Part shown: piece by piece, positions 24,700 through 36,529 of the stretch
Layout of the letters: each line of letters starts with the position of its first letter
How positions within the stretch are numbered: position 1 is the first letter of the stretch
Notes under the pieces: generated by a model
What the model was told of the DNA's origin: nothing
Database searches by the model: none
What the model saw: the letters and a program-made list of their open reading frames with translations, nothing else
Program-made: the position numbers and the translations under genes
Assembly (NCBI RefSeq): GCF_000143415.4
Contig: NW_003314261.1
Location: 5,792,360-5,856,359, forward strand
DNA from: Selaginella moellendorffii
Taxonomy: Eukaryota > Plantae > Lycopodiophyta
Reading direction: 5' to 3'
DNA: 64,000 nt

Positions 24700-25697
24700 A
24701 TCCGAAAGCCGGTACTTTATAGCATCGACCAAAAGAGAGATTTTTCCTTGGTTGTGGTGAGACGAATCCAGCTTGAGAGACATGCTCTCAACACTGGCTC
24801 CTCCAAATTCACGCACATCGTTGGAGTGAGCGAGTGTATGCTCAATCCAAATGTTTTTAAGTGCAAGGAGCTTGATCGGCAAGAGAAAAGCTGGGCTTTA
24901 CAAACTTGGTCTTGGAAGGCTACTGAACTTACTGGTCAGGTGGCTCTTGCAACTGTTCAAGTTCCAACACTAACAAATAAAGCTTACTCTTAATTTTGTG
25001 CTTCTTCTCGTCTTTGTTTTCAACTCAGGTGAGCATATTGTTTCTCGAGAAGCTTACGCGACCATCCTCCATTCCGTCATTGCTTCTCGCTCACTCACAG
25101 CGAGATTTAATTCTGGTTATAGACCCGAGCTGCGGAAGTACAGCAAGTTCCGGCTGTGGCAGCTCAAAGTGGTGAAGTGGTGTTTGTGGTGGTGACGAGA
25201 AACATGGACTTCCTCTGGAGCTGTCCGCGGCCCGCAAAACCACAAGAGCGTTTTAACTCCGGAGTAATGGTGATAGAGCCATCCAAGTGCACGTTTAACA
25301 TGCTGGTCGACGGGATCTCCCGGATCAAGTCGTACAACGGCGGGGACCAAGGCTACCTGAACGAGATCGTTTCAACGATTTCGTGCAGTCCAAGTGGTGG
25401 AGCTGGCATGATGAAATGCCGGAGGAGCTACAGAGGCTGTGCCGTGTCAATCCAAAGAGGAGATTGTCACCACCGACTACTGTTCATCGGGTTCGTTCTA
25501 TATTTCTTTCATTTGTAAACCTGAGAACTCTGTTCGCAGGCACAAGCATTGATAGAAAAGAGAAGATCAGATATAAAAAGACAACTCACTTTAACCGGCT
25601 ACACAGTGATCAAAGGTTCTCTTCTTTTAAAGTTTTATTTTCCTCCTCTGTCGCTCCAATGCAACTATCTGGACCATCACCAAGGGGTCCCTCTCTA
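24700..25697 (+). pseudogene. Decayed, multiply deleted copy of GUX paralog A (donor about 18620-20167)
   Basis: FNSGVMVIEPSKCTFNMLVDGISRIKSYNGGDQGYLNEI, SKWWSWHDEMPEELQRLCRVNPKRRLSPP, plus the last intron and 3' region of paralog A. Confidence 0.92.
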
Positions 25698-26748
25698 ATT
25701 TCCTCGCAGTGGTGGTACTTCATTCTCTAGCGTTATATCTCTTTGATCGAATGATAGAAATCACGAATCAAAGAAAGATCGAGGCGTTGGAACATCTCCC
25801 TCGAATGATACTCCGATCGATGATAGAGAACCACCGGCAAAAGATTCCATTCTCCCCAAAAAAGGGCGCTAAAAGTTTCAAATTTGAAAAGTGGAATATT
25901 CTTATAGGGCTCCTTTTCCCGGCCATGGCACTTTCGCGTTTGGTGGCCTTTACGGCCCCATTCAAGCCCTAGCGCGGAGCTGGCATTTGTCGAGCAGCGC
26001 GGGGGTAGCTGCGGCATCGTCGTCGTCACAGCGCCATTGTTTTTCTAGGGTTTCCTGGCACGGCCGCTCGACGGCTATGTCGCGCAGGATGGGGCGTCGC
26101 CATCAGGTAGGCACGGGAAGCAAACAAAAGCAAGGAATAGTGATCATGTTCTCGAAATTTCGGTTTTTCTTTCATTGTTTCGCTCGATCGCGCACGCGTT
26201 GATCCGGTCGATGCCCTGGAAATCTTCATCTAATCGTTTGCTTGGCCCCACGGCAGCCACAGCGGCAGCGTTGCTTGCGTGTTTCAACGGGGACTTAGTC
26301 TTGGCAATCAAGGTAAGTGTGATCTCTCTACTATTTGACAAAGAATCTCTCGTCATCGTGGCTCACTAACTCTCTTCTTTTTGGATTTTAGGCTCGATGA
26401 ATGCGTCAGAGTCGTCCTACTGTAGTAGCGTCACTCCAACTCTACCAGGTACTTCCACTTCTCGCCTCCAACTTTTTCTTCTTGGATCTTCCTTCTTCCT
26501 TCTTTTCTGTTGCTGTTTTTTACGTCGGTGAAGTCTCCTGTCGGTGTCACTCGTTTGTTCGATCGGTCCCTCATTTGCTGAAAAGAAAAAAAAAGCATGG
26601 CTGGGAAAGGGGCAGCGGCCCGCATTGGCTGAAAGTCTCTTGGGTTATAAGGTTGGCAATTACTACTTGATTGATTCAATTCTAGAAGCTCGAGCGATTA
26701 TCCTTTTCGCTAGAGCTGCCTACATTTGCATTTTTCGGGATTCCTGAG

Positions 26749-28869
26749 ATGAGGATTTCCAACACGGTGGCCGAGCCTCGGCATCGTCAGACTGGGTAGA
26801 GTTTTTCGCTGCTTTCTCGGTCTCTTGCTCGCACAATTCTAGCTGACTGCGCGTCTTTAGTTTCAAGATCTTTGTTCTCTCAGCGGCTGTCTCCAATTCA
26901 TGTCATACTGATGATAGTGTTCTGTTCTTTCGTTCAGGGAGGGTGACGATCTTTCGCCAACCAATTTGCTGTCGAATTGGGATGAGAAGAAAGTTCGAAA
27001 GGATGCGGAGAAGAAGAAACTTGAGGAATCTGGGTCATTCAGCTACACATTCCTGGAACGGAAGAGGAACAAGGCCTTCACAGCTCTGGTATTTGCCGCA
27101 GCCTCCCTAATTACATTGCTGCTGCTCACAACTTCTCAGAGCGATGTTGTTCTACAGAACTTGAGGTAATTGGTTCCTTTCTTTCGCCAAGGATCTCCTC
27201 TCTAAATCGCTGGACCGGCATTTCCTTCTTTCCTCCAGATCCCAGGATAGAAGACAGTTGGATCAAAGGCCGTATTCGACTTGCAACGAGGATGGTGTCT
27301 TGAGATGGCTGCAGTCGTCCAAGGAGATCCGAGCGTTGAAGCGGACTAAAGAAGCATTGCAAGTTGGTCTGGTTAATTTCAAAAAGCCCGAGTCTATCAA
27401 GTGGGAGCTCTTCAGTGGCGGGGACGAGAGCCCACACTTATTCAAGTTCAAGACGGTAAAGAAGAGGCTCGACTGGTCCTCATTTTTTCCGGAGGATATA
27501 GACGAAAATGATCCAACAAACTCGAGCTGTCCGAACATGCCGATGCCGTCAGTGCCGAAGAACCTGACTCTGGATCTTGTCGTCGCCAGCATTCCGTGCG
27601 ACTCGCCGAGCAACGACTGGGCCAGGAATGTGAATTGCTTGCAAGCTTTTCTCGCAGCAGCCAAGGTGGCAGCTAACACAGGGACAGATTTCGTCTACGT
27701 CGCCTTGTGTGGGAAATGTAGGCCGATCCCAAACCTCTTTGTCTGCCAGGAACTCATCGAACATCAAGACGGTTACTGGCTATACAAGCTTAATCTTAAA
27801 AGAGTCCGGGGACTGCTCGCGCTACCAGTCGGATCGTGCCAGTTAGCGATGCCACCAAAAGCCAAAGGTAGACCTCCGTTTTCTCTACACAGCAACTTAA
27901 GCTCTTTTTGTGCGTGATGTGATGATCACAGTGGAGCACGTCGAGTCGCGGGAGGCGTACGCAACGATCCTTCACTCGGCCCAATCGTACGTATGCGGTG
28001 CTATCAGTTTGGCTCACAGCATTAGATCGACCGGCTCGACTCGGGACTTAGTTCTTCTCGTGGACGAGAGCATTAGACTGGATCAGAGACAGGGGCTGGA
28101 GCTGGCAGGCTGGAAAGTTTTCACCATCCAGAGGATCAGGAACCCAAAGGCCGAGCCTTCGTCCTACAACGAGTGGAACTACAGCAAGTTCCGGCTCTGG
28201 CAGCTCACGCAGTACGACAAGATCATCTACATCGACGCCGACATTGTTCTCCTCCGCAACCTCGACTTCCTGTTCGACTTGCCCGAGATCACCGCGACGA
28301 GAAACGACCAGAGCCTGTTCAACTCGGGGGTGATGGTGATCGAGCCTTGCAACTGTACGTTCGAGTTCCTGGTTGACAACATCGGCAGCATCGATTCTTA
28401 CAATGGTGGCGACCAGGGGTACCTGAACGAGATCTTCACCTGGTGGCACAGGCTCCCCGGGACCGTCAACTTTCTCAAGCACTTCGACAACAACACGGTG
28501 GAGAACCGGCGCAAGCTCCAGCTCTTCACGGCCGAGCCTCCGGTGCTGTACGCAATGCACTTCTTGGGGATCAAGCCGTGGCTGTGCTTCCGGGACTACG
28601 ATTGCAACTGGAACCAGGACCAGCTCCACATCTTCGCGAGCGACCCCGTGCACGCGATGTGGTGGAAGATCCACGACACCATGCCGGCGGAGCTCCAGAA
28701 GTTTTGCGTGCTCCAGGGGACGCAGAAGTTCTTGCTCGAGTGGGACATTATCAAGGCGAAGAGGAAGCGCTACCCGGACGGGCACTGGAAGATCAAGATC
28801 GAGGACCCGAGGTGGCACGGAGTGAAATCGCAGAGCGTGAGAAAGAGGAGGAGATTGCTGGAAGATTGA
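26749..28869 (+). CDS. Glycosyltransferase family 8, xylan glucuronosyltransferase GUX-like, paralog B (canonical)
   Basis: Exon 1 MRISNTVAEPRHRQTG, TM helix, LALPVGSCQLA, REAYATILHSAQSYVCGAI, IDAD, KPWLCFRDYDCNWN, LEWD...YPDGHWKIKIEDPR. Confidence 0.93.
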
Positions 28870-29023
28870 AAAAAATTTGGAAGAACTCGTGGAGGGGAGG
28901 ATGATTAGAAGATTGTTTTCTCGTAACGCTGTAAATGAATGGAAAAAGAAAGAACGAAAGAACAACGCCCAAGTATTAAGAGAGAAGAGAAAGAAAGAGA
29001 GAGATCTAACCTAGGTGAGAGAA

Positions 29024-29310
29024 ATGGGGGAGGAAGAGGGCATCGGCAAGGCGCTAGCTCCTGCGCAAGGGCGCATCACACTGCTCCAGTACCGCGATTG
29101 GAAGCAGCGCAAGGTAGACTCCCCTCTTCATTGGATCGAGCGATCGATCGATCGATTCTGCCTTGGTTCCAGGATGCGGAGGCGGCGGCAGTGGCGGCGG
29201 AGCGATCGCGCAAGCGGCGCGAGGACATCGCCGCCGGGCGCGCGCGGATGAATGGGCGAGAGCTCTACGAGCGAGAGCCCTGGGTGTTTGACGACGGGGA
29301 ATATGCCTGA
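29024..29310 (+). CDS. Conserved 75-aa plant microprotein resembling the DFRP region of ZC3H15/Tma46; exons 29024-29113 and 29173-29310
   Basis: Spliced MGEEEGIGKALAPAQGRITLLQYRDWKQRK|DAEAAAVAAERSRKRREDIAAGRARMNGRELYEREPWVFDDGEYA*; GT-AG intron in phase 0. Confidence 0.8.
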
Positions 29311-29627
29311 TTCGGGAATATATTGCGGATATCCTTCTCACGGAATATCCACCTTTAAAACATCGTCACCGCCGTGCGCGTACGGCACCGTCCTTTCTTT
29401 CAACGCTAGGGGCAGACGGGATTGAAATTTAGGGTTTGGCGCGAGCAGCAAGCCAATCGAGGGAGCGTAGCGCGAGCCCCGGGGTGCCAGGGAATGCGGT
29501 TGCGAGGTGAGTGGCGCGCGCGCTGCTGAGATTTCTGGTAGCGCGGGCAGCGCGGCCGGATTTGGATTTGGCGGAGATAAAATTCTCTTCCCTGGATTGC
29601 CAGTGCCGGCAGCTCTAGGTCTTGTTC

Positions 29628-31550
29628 ATGAGAACCAGGGCGCAGGCTTTGCTGTCCGATGACGCAGAGGTGGAGCCGAGGAGGACAGGGACAGGCACAG
29701 GGAAATCCTCGTCGCCAGGGTTGATCAAGAAGATCAAGCTCAAGATCAGCAGCAATGGTCGGTATGGCACGCGTAGCGAGTCGCTGAGGGAACGGCAAGC
29801 GGCCGCCAAGAGGGAGGGGCTAAAGATCGTCCTCAAGAGAAAAGCTCCAGAAGCACAGGAGGCACTGGTGATCAAGAAGCACAAGAGGGGAATTCACAGG
29901 CAGCAGCGGCTCCATGGAGAAGAGAAGAGAGATGAGGAGGAGGACGAGGAGGAAGAGGAGGAGCGAAGTACACCCGCGCCCGAGACCAAAGCTCCTCCCT
30001 CGGCTGTGAAAAGCAAAGCTAGTCCGGCCACCGAGAATGCGTCACCTTCTCGCGAGGAGACCAACCACACGGGTGGTGTTTTGGAGGAGGAGGCCACGGC
30101 TGTGAAGGAGGAGGTGGCTGGATCGGCGGGGCGGTTTTGCTGCACCGTCAACACGGATATGGTGGCCGATCGCTCCGAGGCGAGCGTCTCATCCGAGCCT
30201 TCGTGCTCGGCGGACTCCAAGAGCTCCAAGAAGCGTCATGCCGACGAGGAGCGGGCGATGGACGGACAAACTTTAGTTGCGGTGACGGCTACGCGGACAC
30301 CGTTGTTTGTGCCTGCGAAACGATCGCCGCTTCCGTTTCCTCTGCCGGCTGCAGTGCCTCCGGTCATCACCGCGACGCCTACAGCAGCTCCTCCGGCCGT
30401 GAGATCGGCGTTGCCAGCTCCGCCCGCAGTGCGCTCCGCGCTTCCGCTTCCCGGTGGAGACGAGACGGCGGATGCCGATGAAAAGGCAAGCTTTCCTCGT
30501 AGCTCTTCCTCTTTTTCTTCTTTTTTCCTTACCGTTCGTGCTGTTCAGGTGGTGTTTGACGAAGTTGACATCCACGGCTTCTCGTCGGCAATCACAGGCT
30601 CAGAAGTGCTACGGTTACGTCACGATGGCCTGGTCGCTCAATCCAGTGAAGAAGATGGCCTCTCGCTGCCGGAAGAGGAGATGCTGTCTCCAATGTTCTT
30701 CGGCAACCCATGGCACGACGATGGCTCCATGAGCTGCTTGCCGGAGATGAGAAAGAAAGGCGGCCCTGGTTCCCGTGCGATTTACCGGTGTAGCAGATGC
30801 TTGGCACCAAAGAAAGGACACAGGTGTCCGTTCGAGACCGAGTCGCCGGTGGAGGATGCCAAGCCAGAGCAGGTGCCACGACACGGTTCACATAAGAAAG
30901 CGTCGGATACCAGCACCTCAAACGAGCTAGAATGCCAAAACACTGACCGTGCTAGTCCCTCCAAGTCGAATGACACCCCGCCGGCTGAGACGTCGATTCA
31001 GGAAGAAGAGACTTCCAAGCCCGGGAAGAGTAAGGCGGCGGCTCCTCCTCCGCCGGATCCGGTGGTGAAAGAGTTCACTGTGTCGGCGAAGTGGCTGCTC
31101 GAGTCGGGAGTTTTGGAGGGTCTCACCGTGCGGTACATGCCACGGCCGGGAGAGGTATGGTATCTTGTTTTTCATCTCGTGATCTTCAGTTTCTTTTTTA
31201 CGACAACCACCTTGTTGACGCTTTGTCCAGGTGTTGGGAAGTGGAGTTGTCAAGAGCGGTGTCATTCTGTGCAATTGTCGACATTGTAAAAGCCACCAGG
31301 TGAGGGAGTTCACGTTTGTTTGTTTCTCTCGAGTCCTAGCCATGTCTTTATTCTAATGCAGGGCTTCAACGCGTCCTCGTTTGAGAAGCACGTAGGTAGC
31401 ACTGCCCGGCACCCGAGCGACTTCATCTTCCTAGACAACGGGAGGCGGCTTAGAGAAGTTTTGGAGGACGGGTCGAGGTTTAGAGACAAGCCAAACATGA
31501 TGGGTGCGCTGCGCAAGGCCGTGTCCATGGACTGGGAGGACGATTCCTAG
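29628..31550 (+). CDS. Nuclear protein with a CxxC..PKKGHxC zinc knuckle and a C-terminal Tify-domain-binding (TDBD/Jas-type) domain
   Basis: YRCSRCLAPKKGHRCP; spliced SAKWLLESGVLEGLTVRYM...GVVKSGVILCNCRHCK...FNASSFEKHVGSTARHPSDFIFLDNGRRLREVL. Confidence 0.75.
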
Positions 31551-32199
31551 AGAAACAATGGAGTTTCAAGCGTGCGCGTGTCAGTCTACTCTCAGGTCTG
31601 TAATCTCCTCAGTAAAGAAACGGTTTTCTTTTCTTGTTTTGTTTTGTTCTGTGACCAAATCTGAAAGCCGTGCTTCTTCCAGGAAACGAGAAAGCTAGGA
31701 TTCGAGCCCCCCCTTACCTTCTTTAAGAGCCACCCGTGCAAAGAATTTCGTTTGGTACGTTCCCTCCAGTTTTCTAGCTACGAAAGAGAGTGAGAGCTGA
31801 TTTTTCTTGCTGGAACTTGGATCGATCGATTAGATGATCAAACTTCCAAAGTACTAGATATCGTTTTCCAGGACCTGAGATGGCGACTGAAGTGTGGATC
31901 CCAGCCTTGGAAGAAAAAAAGGCGAGAGAAGAGGGAGAAGAGATTGATCCTTCTCCACCACCACCATCGCCACCACCATCGCCACCAGCAAGGCTTTAGT
32001 GACGTCAAACACACAGTGATGTCACCGCTAGAGGAGAAATTCAAAGGTCGTATGATATGGATGGACGGAAAAATAAGAAAAGATTTCCTTTGCCAGGCAT
32101 TGCGGGACCCAAGATCATTTTGAGAATCGGATTGGTCCATACTCCATTCATGGTGGTGGTGGTGACAAAGACAGCAGCTCAGAGAAAAAAAAAGAGGGT

Positions 32200-34113
32200 T
32201 TAGACAAATCCTCTCTCCCGTACACCATAACACTCGTGCCCGTACACCTGGACGTTGCTACTGTGGTTACCGCCGGCGGCGGCGGTGGTGGCAGTGGCGG
32301 CGGCGGCGGCGGCGGCGTACCGCGCGGTACCGCCGCTACCGACGTTAAGGTTGAGCTTCCAGACGAAGAGGCTCCCCAGGTGCTGGTCGTCCAGCCGCCG
32401 CATCTCGCACGGCACGCCGCTTAAGTAGCAGCGCTTGACGCCCTCCATCCAATCCACTCTCGCCTGCCCGACCAAGCTCACGGCCGAGTAGGGGCTCCGC
32501 TCGCTCTGGAAGGTGACGCATACGTCCGGGGTGGGCGTGGAGGCCGCGGCCACCACCACCACCTCGGGCTGGACGGTGGTGGCGATGGCGCCCGTGGTGG
32601 CAGCAGCGTTCATGCTGTTGCTACTGGCCGAGTCCTGCAGCCCGATGCTACTGCCGCCCGACGAGGAGCGCACGAGCTGGTTGTAGGCGGCGTTCACCCA
32701 GCGCACGCGGTTGCTCCTGTCCGTGACGAACGCCGGGAGGCCGTCCTTCTCCAGCTGCGACTCCACCGTCTCTAGGCTCCCGGAGAGGTAGCCCGCGTAG
32801 GAGTTCACCTCGGTTATGGAGTCGAGGCACACGTTGGAGCCGACCACCAGCGGCACTGGACGGACCGGCTGTGGAGCGATCACCCTTTGCTGCTGGTGCT
32901 GGTGCTGGTGCTGTTGTGGGATCGAGCTCGAGCTTTGCTCCACAAACTCAGCCCTGCCACCCGGCTTGGACGAAGAAGAGCTCGGGAGGCCAGTGTGCAT
33001 GAACTTTTTGAGGAATCCCCACAGCACGGCATTGCACTCCGAGTCCCGCATTCTATACCGGAAGCATCCCAGCTGCGTAGGGAGGCCCAGCGGATCGATG
33101 TACGGCCCGGCGGCGCGCTGCGGCTTACCGCCCAGCCTCTCCGACACCACCTTGTCGTAGCTGAGGTTGGACCAGAGCACCACGGAGCGGGTGCTGGATG
33201 CGCCACCGCCGAGATCCTCCGTGAGGGCCACCGGGTCGGACGATCCGCCATAGGCCTGCTCCAAGTAGCTCGAGTCGATCACCATCCCGGCGCGGTGCTG
33301 CTGATGATGATTCTGCGGGTGGAAGGCATCCTGGCGGCTTTGTTCTTGTTGCTGTTGTTGAGGAACCCTTTGCTCGTGTACCGCGGCGGTACGTGGCTGC
33401 GCCGCCGCGCCATACCGCCGCGCCGCCGGCGACGCCGAGCTGCCCGAGCACAAGCTCAGCTCCAGCCGATTGGAATCGTCCCTGTATCTATCCCGGTCCC
33501 GCCGCCCCAGCAAATCGATCGATGACACCACCTCCGGGACTGGATTCGCGAGCTGATGCTGCGCTGGTGTGTCTGGCAGCAACGACAGCGTCACAAGCTT
33601 GGGCCTCTCGTCATCGCCATTGCCATTTTCCAAGGCAGCGATGGGAGCTGGAGGAGAAGCCTGGCGAGGCGGCGGCGGCGGCGGCGGCGGCGGAGGTAGT
33701 GATGATGGCGGCGGTGGAGGAGGAGGAGGAGATACTTGCTGTACGTTGGAGCCTAGATCACTCACCAGCGATCTCGAATTGCTGCTGCTGTTCTTCCGGA
33801 GGCTATAGCCACCGCCGCCGCCGCCACTGCTCGCCAGCGTGGCTGGCGGCTTGGCCGCCACCATGACGCTGCTGCCCGCGTCCTCGAGCACGACGTTAGG
33901 GCTCCTGGCGTACGACTGTGTGCTCGTGTTGCCAATCGATCCTCCTCCTACTGCCACTGCGGGCCTTATGATCTTCCACCCGGGCAATGCCTGGGCGTCC
34001 GACAGCATCGATACGGACGTGGTGACCGTGGACAAGCTCCCGGCGATGTCCACCATCACTGGCACCATCTGCTGGCTCTGGTGGTGGATTTGCTGCTGGA
34101 TCTGGAGCTGGAT

Positions 34114-34152
<39 letters not shown>

Positions 34153-34428
34153 AATCTGCTGCTGCTTGCTGCGATTGTTGGCCGCCGATCGCTTGTAGCT
34201 CCGGGGCGAGCCGAGCGAGGAATCGCCGGATCTCTTGCGCCCCTTCCTACACCCTGGCGACACCGAGGAGGAGGATTGCGTCGGGGCATCGGCGGGCGCT
34301 GGGGCTTGATCGGGCTTGGCGCTGCCGGTGGCGCTGGATGGCGCCGAAGGGGGCTTGGGCGCAATTGGACGATAGCGCGACAAGATCTGCTCCGCCTTGG
34401 ACGAATACATGTTGAAGAAGGGAAACAT
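32200..34428 (-). CDS. AITR/DIG-like (ABA-induced transcription repressor-related) protein, intronless
   Basis: KAEQILSRYRPIAPKP, RKGRKR, LVTLSLLP, LELSL (LxLxL), IAPQPVRPV..VGS, LPAFVTDRSNRVRWVNAAY; poly-Q and poly-P tracts. First ATG is 34428; the track start at 34479 is GTG. Confidence 0.75.
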
Positions 34429-35599
34429 GAGGGAAGAACACCACGATCTACCGCCGCGCGCTAGTGAAATATCCCCCACCTTCTTCCTCCTCGCCTCCCC
34501 ATTCGTGAATCATGCCCCCTCCTCCCGATTCTCACCTCCCCCGCCCGAAATATCGATCCATCCCCAGGAATTCGGCGCTCCATCGCGATCTTGCCCGCAT
34601 TCCAATCCGGGCGCTCCTCCTACCCTAAGAGATCCCGCCCCCCGGGCGAGCTCCTCTCATGAAATCTGTGCAAACCAAACAGCCACCGGCACAGAAAAAC
34701 TCAGAGATTCCCCCGGGAGCCGATCGATCCGGCGCTGGCCTCGCGGATTCCAGACACCGAGCCCTAAAACCACAGCCCTCGCACGCAATCGCTCGGTTCT
34801 TGGCCAAGGCAGTGGAGACGACAGCGCGAAGAGAGAAAACGAAGAGAACAAAATGAAGAACAGGGTAAAAAATCGGATATCAAAGGGTTAAAGTATAAGT
34901 CACCTAGAGTTAAGAAAATTTGACGAGAAAAAAAAAACATTATTGACGGTACTGGAGTGTATCAAATGGAGGGCGGTAAGGGGATCGATGGCAGGCAAGC
35001 CACCACAGCCACAGATTTTGATATCGTGCCCAATTACCTACGACAAGAAAACTTCCAGCCCAGACAACCAGGTCCGGCACCATACCTACCAGCTTTCCCC
35101 GCACCACCACGAACAAAACACGCGTCGCGGCCTGGGCCCCACGCCTCTGGGTGGCCCACGCTGCTTCGGAGCCGTACCCCATTGGGCAAAATGGGACTTT
35201 GGACAAAATATTTTAAGCCCTTGTTTCCGGCGAGCAAATTTTTTAGGGCTTTGCTATATTCTTACTATGTATAGTGCACGGGAGAGATTTGCTGATCCAC
35301 TACAGCTGGACAAAGCATATAAGAGTGATTAAAGCATTTAGGGAAGAATTTTAATAGCCTAAGTGGACCCAAGCTTCAGACAACATTGATGCCGTACCAC
35401 CAACCGATTTTCAGCACCAATTTAGAAGCAAAGGAAAAAGAAGAGTGTCGCGCTGGCGGGTGGCCACTGGCTGTACGAAATATCTCCCGACCCCGTGGCC
35501 AAAGGCAGCCGATTGGTCCAGAGTCTGGTGGCCATTACTCCCACGAGGGGCCATCACCCCTTAACCAGGACCGATTTAAAATAAGGTTACAAGCTACTT

Positions 35600-35775
35600 A
35601 TAAACGGCCAATGAGGTACCTGGATTTGACGTCAGCCCTCTTTCCAGCCGACGCGTGGCGGTGGGCCCCGGCCGACGTGGCTGCAAGGCCGTCCAATGAA
35701 GCACGTGGACCCGGCAACGAGAGGCTGGTTTTGATTGGCTGACGGGGCGGAGGAATGGCATCCCATTGGCCGGCG
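35600..35775. promoter_or_regulatory. Cluster of bZIP/ABRE-type and CCAAT motifs
   Basis: TGACGTCA 35627, ACGCGTGGC 35651, ACGTGGC 35675, CACGTG 35702, and several CCAAT/ATTGG boxes. Confidence 0.5.
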
Positions 35776-36529
35776 TGCTTGCGAAAAGATCCCCATGTAT
35801 CCACATCCACGATTCCTTTGTTTATAAATAAGTAAAGAATGAAGCAAGCTTTTGATGGAGGAAACCATGCAAACCCAATTCATGTTTATACTATACGTCG
35901 CTATCAACACCACCACCACCACCGCCTTGTAAACAATGATAGTGCATGTCTCCCAATGGCATTAAGGTATATGGTCTCGTCCAAAAGGATTGGCCGCGTC
36001 TATGATACCTAGTCCAAAGTGCCGGCTTGGAACACCCATTTGTTTTTTGGGCTCCCGATGATCACGGATCGACCATACTCGGTGACCGATCAGTGGATCT
36101 CTCATGGCTTAATCACTGAAAACCGAGCGAAACACCATTTATACAATGGTTTGTGGCTGGATCTGTCGGCACAAGCCTATAAAGCTTTGCCTCCCACAAA
36201 ACCCACAACTCCCACTCATAAAATACGAAAGCTTCTCCCCCTGCGCGAGACCCCACCAAAGTCAGCAATTCTCCACAAGCCCCTGCTAGGAGGCATCCAT
36301 TCAAGTCCCATCGCACCGATTCCTTTTCATTAAGCTGTGTGTAGAGCCCCACAAGTTAGTGCAAGAGATGCTCCTACAAAGTTTTCCTTCCAGATCAAAA
36401 CCAATGCTACAAAGCTTACTAAAAACTTCAACAGAAACCCATCCTTTTCTATGCTACCTTATGAGAGAGAGAGAGAGAGAAAAGAGAGTTGGAAAAGAGA
36501 GAGAGAGAGAGAGACAAAGAGAGAGATAT

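Noticed and set aside
20208-25697. Mosaic as a haplotype misassembly
   Set aside because: The copies carry many substitutions and microhomology-bounded deletions and are reordered, which is unlike allelic sequence. Long reads would still be the formal test.
7018-28869. Possible cell-wall or metabolic gene cluster (MTHFR, BAHD, two GUX)
   Set aside because: The genes are interspersed with unrelated housekeeping genes, and the BAHD resembles amine acyltransferases rather than xylan-acylating enzymes. Nothing in the sequence shows a shared pathway.
28048-28965. Long antisense and alternate-frame ORFs (for example 305 aa opposite GUX-B, and several opposite CRY, AITR-like and PDF1)
   Set aside because: Shadows of GC-rich codon usage in real genes; no recognisable motifs.
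36463-36525. (GA)n microsatellites here and at about 57264-57294 and 38836-38854
   Set aside because: Ordinary simple repeats near UTRs.
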